NCBI GenBank assembly: GCA_028713935.1
Contig: JAQTNI010000013.1
Coordinates: 1-29,402 of the forward strand
DNA: 29,402 nucleotides
DNA from: Candidatus Iainarchaeum sp.
GTDB lineage: Archaea; Iainarchaeota; Iainarchaeia; Iainarchaeales; GCA-2688035
Direction: 5' to 3'
The notes beneath the pieces were generated by a model, which was not told the origin of the DNA, did not search any database, and saw nothing but the letters and a program-made list of their open reading frames with translations. Shown here one piece after another: positions 24,662-29,402 of the stretch; the stretch's first letter is position 1; every line of letters begins with the position of its first letter. Position numbers and translations under genes: made by a program.

Positions 24662-24663
24662 AA

Positions 24664-25740
24664 ATGAAAGCAAAAATTACCTTGGGAATTTGCATTATTG
24701 GGATAATTGCTGCAATATTCATTGCAGGCTGTGCCCAGCCAACACAGGAAGAAACAATAAAAATAGGGGTTAGTGAAACTTTAACTGGAGCTAATGCGGA
24801 CATAGGGAACGATGTTGCCAATGGGGTAAAAGATGCTTTTTCTGGAATTAATGCAGAGCAAATTTTTGGCAAAAAAATAGAGTTATTAACAGAGGACAAT
24901 ACAGGGGATGTAAAAAAGGCGGTTTCTGATTATCAGGCTTTTAAGATGCAAAATGTGAGAATTGTTTTTTCTGCTTTCAGCAGCATAATAGGCGCATTAA
25001 ATCCCCTGTCCAAACAGGACAAAATAATATTAATGTATAATGCCGTAACACCTTCCTTTGCAGAGGAAAATGAATTCGCTTTCAAAGTGTATGCGAACGC
25101 ACCGCAAGAAGCTGAAACAATTTTGGCCGCAATAAAAAACAAGAATGAAAGAATTGGAATCGCGTACGTTAATAATCCAACAACTGCCATTTTTTACGAA
25201 AAATTTTCCAAAGAGCTCACAGAGATTGCCCCTTACTCTTTTGACATAAAAGAAACTGATTTCCGAACAATAATATTAAAGCTCAAAGAAGAGAAAATTA
25301 ATACTCTGATACTGCTTGGGTATCCAAGCCAGATACTAAATTTTGTAAAACAGGCTGTTGAATCAGAATACTACCCTGAAAATATTTTTGTAAACAGCGA
25401 TAGCACAGTTAAAGAAGTAACTGACAAAATAGGAGATTCCCTTTCTGGCACAAAAATAAAATATTTTACAGTAGGATATGGATTGGAAAACCAGAACTAT
25501 ATTTTTGGTTATGATTTGGCAAAGACACTGATTGAAGGAATGAAAAAGTGCCATGAACTTGGAAAAATTCCGGATGACGCAGATTGCCTCAAAGAAGAAC
25601 TCAAAAAAATTAAAATAGAGGGAAAAAGCGGCGTTATTGACATGAACAACTCAAGAGTTGCTGTTGTCACATCAAAGCTTTTTTCAGTGCAGAACAAAAA
25701 ACTTGTTGAAGTGCAAGGCGATAAAAATGCTTTCAATTAA
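24664..25740 (+). CDS. ABC transporter substrate-binding protein, Liv-type family, lipobox; paralog 7 (most divergent)
   Basis: Lipobox IFIAGCAQPT. It keeps IKIGVSETLTGA, EDNTGDVKKA and DFRTIILKLKEEKINTLIL but lacks the usual F(D/E).NGD and IKNG.FV.YE C-terminal motifs. The ATG at 24664 sits 2 nt after the ATPase stop; the ATGs at 24637 and 24655 would overlap the ATPase gene. Confidence 0.75.
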   Translation: MKAKITLGICIIGIIAAIFIAGCAQPTQEETIKIGVSETLTGANADIGNDVANGVKDAFSGINAEQIFGKKIELLTEDNTGDVKKAVSDYQAFKMQNVRIVFSAFSSIIGALNPLSKQDKIILMYNAVTPSFAEENEFAFKVYANAPQEAETILAAIKNKNERIGIAYVNNPTTAIFYEKFSKELTEIAPYSFDIKETDFRTIILKLKEEKINTLILLGYPSQILNFVKQAVESEYYPENIFVNSDSTVKEVTDKIGDSLSGTKIKYFTVGYGLENQNYIFGYDLAKTLIEGMKKCHELGKIPDDADCLKEELKKIKIEGKSGVIDMNNSRVAVVTSKLFSVQNKKLVEVQGDKNAFN

Positions 25741-25815
25741 AAACCTGCATTCTGCTAAATCCTGAATGAGAGGATGGAATAAAAAAACTTCGTTCCAACT
25801 TTTTCTAGTGTTTTT

Positions 25816-26940
25816 ATGAAATTAAAAATTGCAATTTTTGCATTGTTGATTTTTTTAATTATTTTTTTATTTGGATGCACTCAACCTGAAAACTCCCAGA
25901 AGATTAAGATTGGTTTTATAGGGCCCTTGAGCGGAGGCCCTGCTTTGTGGGGGCAGGGTTCTTTGAATATGATTAATCTTGCTGTTGGGGAAATAAATTC
26001 TCAAGGCGGGATAAATGGAAAAACCCTGGAACTAATTGCAGAAGACGGAAAATGCAGTTCAGAGGGTGCTGTTTCTGCTGCACAAAAATTGATTGATATT
26101 GACGGAGTAAAGTTTATTTTTGGCGGCCATTGTTCCCCGGAAACAGTTGCAATTGTCCCAATTATTGACAAAGCAAAAGTATTCCTATTAGCAGGGGTTA
26201 CAAGCACTGATGATGCAGTTTCGGGAAGCAAATATGCTTTCAGAACAAGCCCGCCGACTCTGGATCAGGCAAAAATAACTTCCGAAACAGCTTACTATAA
26301 ATATGTCTACAAAAATATTGCTTTGATTACTGAAGAAGCTTCTTATTCCAAAAGTTTCAGTGAGGACATCAAAAAAACTTTTCAAGGAACAATTGTTGAA
26401 GAATTCTCTTATAATCCAGGGGAAATTGATTTCAAAAGCGGGTTATTGAAAATAAAAGAGAAGAATCCTGATGCGATTTGGATTTCTCCCCAAGATCCAA
26501 ATGAAGCAGTGCTTTTGTTAAAGCAAATGAAAGAACTTGACCTGCTAAATATTCCTTTGTTTGGCAATACTGTTTTTGTAAGCAAACAAGTGTATGAACA
26601 ATCTGAGAAGCTCTTGCCCGAAACGGCTTTTGCAATAACTCTCTTTGCAGATCCAAGCGCACCAAATTTGCTTGAAGTCCAACAAAAGTATAAGGAAAAA
26701 TACGGGGCAGATGTTCCTTATAATTTGTATTATGTTTCTGCAGCATATGACGGAGTTTATATGTTAAAGAACGCTTTAATGCAGTGTGGTGAAGATGTTG
26801 ATTGCGTGCAAAAATACTTTGAAAACATTAAAGATTATCAGGGAGTTGCGGGAACATTCACTTTCAAGCAAAACGGAGACCCTATTTTTAACAGTTGGAA
26901 GGAAATGAAAATAAAAGACGGAACTACAATACTGGACTGA
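25816..26940 (+). CDS. ABC transporter substrate-binding protein, Liv-type family, lipobox; paralog 8
   Basis: Lipobox IIFLFGCTQP. Motifs are IKIGFIGPLSGG, EDGKCSSEGA, GGHCSPET, FRTSPP, DFKSGLLKIKEKNPDAIWI, LKQMKELDL, GVAGTFTFKQNGD and IKDGTTIL. Confidence 0.9.
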   Translation: MKLKIAIFALLIFLIIFLFGCTQPENSQKIKIGFIGPLSGGPALWGQGSLNMINLAVGEINSQGGINGKTLELIAEDGKCSSEGAVSAAQKLIDIDGVKFIFGGHCSPETVAIVPIIDKAKVFLLAGVTSTDDAVSGSKYAFRTSPPTLDQAKITSETAYYKYVYKNIALITEEASYSKSFSEDIKKTFQGTIVEEFSYNPGEIDFKSGLLKIKEKNPDAIWISPQDPNEAVLLLKQMKELDLLNIPLFGNTVFVSKQVYEQSEKLLPETAFAITLFADPSAPNLLEVQQKYKEKYGADVPYNLYYVSAAYDGVYMLKNALMQCGEDVDCVQKYFENIKDYQGVAGTFTFKQNGDPIFNSWKEMKIKDGTTILD

Positions 26941-26997
26941 TTCACAGGGCAGCAATTTTATTAATCCCTTCTTGTTTTAATATACTAAGGTTTTTTA

Positions 26998-27702
26998 ATG
27001 CTTGAAATCAAAGGATTAAAAGCGGGCTATAATGGCACAGAAATTTTACATGGCATTGATTTGAAAGTATTCCCTGGGGAGATTGCTGCTATTATCGGCC
27101 CAAATGGTTCAGGAAAAAGCACTTTGCTGAAAAGCATTTTTAATTTGTGCAATGTTTTTTCAGGAAAAATTTTTTTCAAGGAAAAAGACATTACAAGGCT
27201 GCCAACGCACGAACTGATTTTTGAGGGAATTAGTTTTGTTCCGCAGGGAAGGCAGATTTTTTCCGATCTGACAGTAAAAGAAAACCTTGAAATGGGCGCA
27301 TTCATAATGCGGGACAAAGAGCTTGTTGAAAGAAACCTGCAGAGTGTTTTCAAAAAATTCCCTTTCCTGAAAGAAAAGCAAAACCATTATGCCTTTTCCC
27401 TTTCAGGCGGGCAGCAGCAAATGCTTGCAATTGCACGCGCATTAATGCAGAATTCAGAATTGCTTTTGTTAGACGAACCATCTCTGGGCTTGTCGCCAAA
27501 AATGATGAAAGAGGTTTTTGAAAAAATAGTGGAAATAAACAAAGAAGGAATCGGAATAATAATTGTTGAGCAGAACGCAAGGCAGGCAATGAAAATTGCA
27601 AAAAAAACCTTTGTCCTGGAAGAAGGCAAAATTGCACTGCAAGGCGGAAAAGAAATCGCAAACAACAAAAAAATAAAAGACATTTATTTCGGCGGAACAT
27701 AA
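26998..27702 (+). CDS. livF: branched-chain amino acid type ABC transporter ATP-binding protein, LivF family
   Basis: Walker A GPNGSGKST, signature LSGGQQQMLAIARALM, Walker B LLLLDEPS and the LivF-type C-terminus IKDIYFGG. Confidence 0.9.
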   Translation: MLEIKGLKAGYNGTEILHGIDLKVFPGEIAAIIGPNGSGKSTLLKSIFNLCNVFSGKIFFKEKDITRLPTHELIFEGISFVPQGRQIFSDLTVKENLEMGAFIMRDKELVERNLQSVFKKFPFLKEKQNHYAFSLSGGQQQMLAIARALMQNSELLLLDEPSLGLSPKMMKEVFEKIVEINKEGIGIIIVEQNARQAMKIAKKTFVLEEGKIALQGGKEIANNKKIKDIYFGGT

Positions 27703-27786
27703 CCTGGTGACTTGGCCGAGGCAAAAAGCCGAGCGCTCCGAAAAGGCTTTTGCGAAGCATTTTTGATAAAACTTTTGCCGAAGGCT

Positions 27787-27811
27787 AGACTTGCGAAGCA
27801 AGTCTTTTTTT
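27787..27811 (+). terminator. stem-loop AGACTTGC-GAA-GCAAGTCT followed by T7 (intrinsic-terminator-like / archaeal oligo-T signal) downstream of livF
   Basis: A perfect 8-bp stem with a GAA triloop (27787-27805) runs directly into TTTTTTT. It lies 85 nt after the livF stop. Confidence 0.5.
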
Positions 27812-27878
27812 CCCAAGGCTTTTTTTATAAAAAAAAGGCTTTTATACTTGGAAAGCCTATTTTTAGCTGGTACCTATT

Positions 27879-28268
27879 ATGCTTGATTTTGTTGCTTTCA
27901 GCCTGTTTGAATTCGGCAACGACATGATTTTTGTATTGAAAATTTTCATGCTCCTGACAATTATTTCCTTTGTATGGCAGCATCTTGGAAAAGGGCCTAT
28001 TGCAATAGTTGTAATTGCAGGGCTTGCTTACCTGATGCTCATGTCGCCGTTTGCATGGTTTTTTGAAAGCACATATATCCTAATGACACTCTTAATGTTT
28101 GGAATTGGCGGAGTATTGATTGACTTTGTGTTTGCATTCCCGGGAATAGGGGCTGGAATGGAAAGCCAGGTTGGCTCGGGAAAAGACCTTGCTGAAAGGT
28201 CAGGCAAATTTGCAGAAGGCAGGGAAAGAATGCACCCCCCAAAAACGAGGCTGCCTCCCCCAATATAA
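27879..28268 (+). CDS. small integral membrane protein (129 aa, or 114 aa from the ATG at 27924) with a Gly/Pro-rich charged tail
   Basis: There are three hydrophobic stretches (FVLKIFMLLTIISFVW, IAIVVIAGLAYLMLM, YILMTLLMFGIGGVLIDFVFAF) followed by a polar tail ending PPKTRLPPPI. The start is ambiguous. Confidence 0.6.
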   Translation: MLDFVAFSLFEFGNDMIFVLKIFMLLTIISFVWQHLGKGPIAIVVIAGLAYLMLMSPFAWFFESTYILMTLLMFGIGGVLIDFVFAFPGIGAGMESQVGSGKDLAERSGKFAEGRERMHPPKTRLPPPI

Positions 28269-28311
28269 ATTGCAAAAAAAAATTAAAATTATAAAATTTT
28301 AACAAAAAAAA

Positions 28312-28644
28312 GTGATTGCTTTGGATGAAAAAGGAAATTTGATTTTAATAATCATAATTGCGCTTATTGCAATAATAACATTGCCTGCCCTTGTAATGGT
28401 GGCCTTTCCACTGGCAGACATAATAATGCGGCTTGTGCTTGTTTTTCTTATTTTTTCAACAGTAAGAAGCTATCTTGGAAGCAATATTTTCACTATTCTC
28501 CTTTCAGGAATCCTCATTTATTTCCTGGTAATAAAATACGCATATGTAACGGCAACGCTTTACGTTCTGCTGTTTTTCCTGCTGGCATTCAATGTTTTCT
28601 CAATAGTAATATTTGGCATTGGAATGGGCCTGAGGAAAGGCTGA
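28312..28644 (+). CDS. small integral membrane protein (110 aa), GTG start
   Basis: The protein is almost entirely hydrophobic, with about four predicted helices (LILIIIIALIAIITLPALVMVAF, LVLVFLIFSTV, IFTILLSGILIYFLV, LYVLLFFLLAFNVFSIVIFGIG). No in-frame ATG lies near the 5' end. Confidence 0.55.
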   Translation: MIALDEKGNLILIIIIALIAIITLPALVMVAFPLADIIMRLVLVFLIFSTVRSYLGSNIFTILLSGILIYFLVIKYAYVTATLYVLLFFLLAFNVFSIVIFGIGMGLRKG

Positions 28645-28709
28645 AATTGAAACCGAAAATAATTAAAAACACTGGAAGCATAAATTGATATAAGAAGGAA
28701 TGATGAAAC

Positions 28710-28976
28710 ATGAATCTTTTATTGCCAGTTGCAATCAGCGCACTTGAAGCAGACCTCATAATAGTGCTAACACTTTTCTATTTCCTCTGGATTTTTTCAT
28801 GGGGAAAAAAAGTGCTTGGAAGCGCAAAACTAGCTGTCTTGTTTGCACTGATAATAACCTACCTTGTTTTTTTCCTGCACCCCGAACTGGTATGGATACC
28901 AGTAATAATCTTCTTTGTTGCAACATTCGGAACAAGCATGTTTGACAAAGTGCAGGTGTTCAAGGGAAAAGAGTGA
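28710..28976 (+). CDS. small integral membrane protein (88 aa)
   Basis: ATG start with three hydrophobic stretches (LIIVLTLFYFLWIF, LAVLFALIITYLVFFL, VWIPVIIFFVATFG). Confidence 0.6.
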   Translation: MNLLLPVAISALEADLIIVLTLFYFLWIFSWGKKVLGSAKLAVLFALIITYLVFFLHPELVWIPVIIFFVATFGTSMFDKVQVFKGKE

Positions 28977-28980
28977 AAAA

Positions 28981-29307
28981 ATGGACGTTTTTACATTCAT
29001 GATTGCAATAGTAATGATGATGATGGCAATACAATTCCAGCAAAACTGGCTAGCGCTCGGCATAGCAGCAGTGCTTGCGCTTACAACAAGAGACATAAAA
29101 TCAATTGTACTGCTTGGAATTGCAGCAGCAGTAATCTATTTAGTGGCAGACAACCTGAAAGAACTATGGCCATTCGTAGTATTTGGGTTAATCATTCTCG
29201 CAATTATCTTCGGAGTAGGCAAAAAACAGGAGGCTTCTCCCTATCCAATGGACATGGGCTTAGGCGGAGGAATGGACGAAGGGCTTCCGCCAATGGGCTA
29301 CGGCTAG
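28981..29307 (+). CDS. small integral membrane protein (108 aa) with a Met/Gly/Pro-rich C-terminal tail
   Basis: The ATG at 28981 sits 4 nt after the previous stop; the ORF-track start at 28915 overlaps the previous gene in another frame. There are three hydrophobic stretches and then the tail PYPMDMGLGGGMDEGLPPMGYG. Confidence 0.6.
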   Translation: MDVFTFMIAIVMMMMAIQFQQNWLALGIAAVLALTTRDIKSIVLLGIAAAVIYLVADNLKELWPFVVFGLIILAIIFGVGKKQEASPYPMDMGLGGGMDEGLPPMGYG

Positions 29308-29309
29308 GC

Positions 29310-29362
29310 CTTTTCTCTAAAGAGAAAAGCCCTGGGAAAAGAGCAATTTGCTTTGCAAATTG
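29310..29362 (+). other. two consecutive perfect 8-bp hairpins just after the last gene (possible terminator / structured 3' region)
   Basis: CTTTTCTC-taaa-GAGAAAAG lies at 29310-29329 and CAATTTGC-ttt-GCAAATTG at 29344-29362. No oligo-T tract follows, so a terminator role is uncertain. Confidence 0.35.
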
Positions 29363-29402
29363 TGGTTCGCTTCGCTCACACGAATTTAAACAAAAGGCAC
29401 AG

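Noticed and set aside
24637-24663. Longer start for binding-protein 7 (ATG at 24637 or 24655)
   Set aside because: These starts would overlap the end of the ATPase gene. They would add a polar extension before the signal helix. The ATG at 24664, 2 nt after the ATPase stop, gives a normal K-rich n-region plus hydrophobic core. This remains uncertain.
10144-27702. Possibility that the MNT/HEPN pair, the wHTH pair, the ATPase and the regulators mark a mobile element or genomic island inserted in the Liv locus
   Set aside because: No integrase, transposase, tRNA attachment site or flanking direct or inverted terminal repeats were found around any of these insertions. The composition looks uniform by eye. 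There is no sequence support for mobility within this window.
27712-27927. 71-aa plus-strand ORF in the spacer after livF (MAEAKSRALRKGF...)
   Set aside because: It is made up of the repeat and hairpin sequences of the spacer (GCCGAG, TTGCGAAGCA, AAGGCTTTT). It has no start context and runs into the next gene in another frame. It is judged non-coding.
28915-28980. Longer start for the last membrane protein (ORF-track start at 28915)
   Set aside because: It overlaps the preceding gene by 62 nt in a different frame and adds a non-hydrophobic, Cys-rich leader. The ATG at 28981, 4 nt after the previous stop, is the better start.

Overview
AT-rich, tightly packed window with almost no non-coding DNA. 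It is probably archaeal, possibly from a DPANN-like lineage. That inference rests on TrmB and Lrp/AsnC regulators, an MNT/HEPN pair, TTTAAATA boxes about 22-25 nt upstream of start codons (leaderless-type promoters), Cys-lipobox binding proteins and giant surface proteins; it cannot be verified without a database search. There are four blocks. (1) nt 1-10143 holds the 3' end of a large surface protein entering from the left edge, a three-gene cassette (two small proteins plus a protein with a gingipain/caspase-like His-Gly...Cys signature), a 420-nt spacer filled with related short hairpins, and a 2463-aa membrane-anchored giant protein. The C-terminal ~430 aa of the giant protein is paralogous to the truncated upstream protein. 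(2) nt 10244-11217 is a wHTH-nucleotidyltransferase/HEPN pair with an ATGA overlap. (3) nt 11237-27702 is a Liv-type (branched-chain amino acid family) ABC transporter supercluster. It has one LivH, one LivM, one LivG and one LivF spread over 16.5 kb and interleaved with eight divergent family-1 substrate-binding protein paralogs. It also contains four inserted genes or modules: a wHTH plus small His-motif protein pair, a tandem double Lrp/AsnC regulator, a TrmB regulator and a DUF4143-type AAA ATPase. (4) nt 27879-29307 encodes four consecutive small polytopic membrane proteins flanked by hairpin-rich spacers. I saw no rRNA, tRNA, CRISPR array, transposase or integrase. The items most worth follow-up are the eight-receptor, one-translocon Liv locus with its modular regulators, the tandem giant-protein locus with its clan-CD-like cassette, and the hairpin array at 2417-2626 with swapped-arm complementarity.
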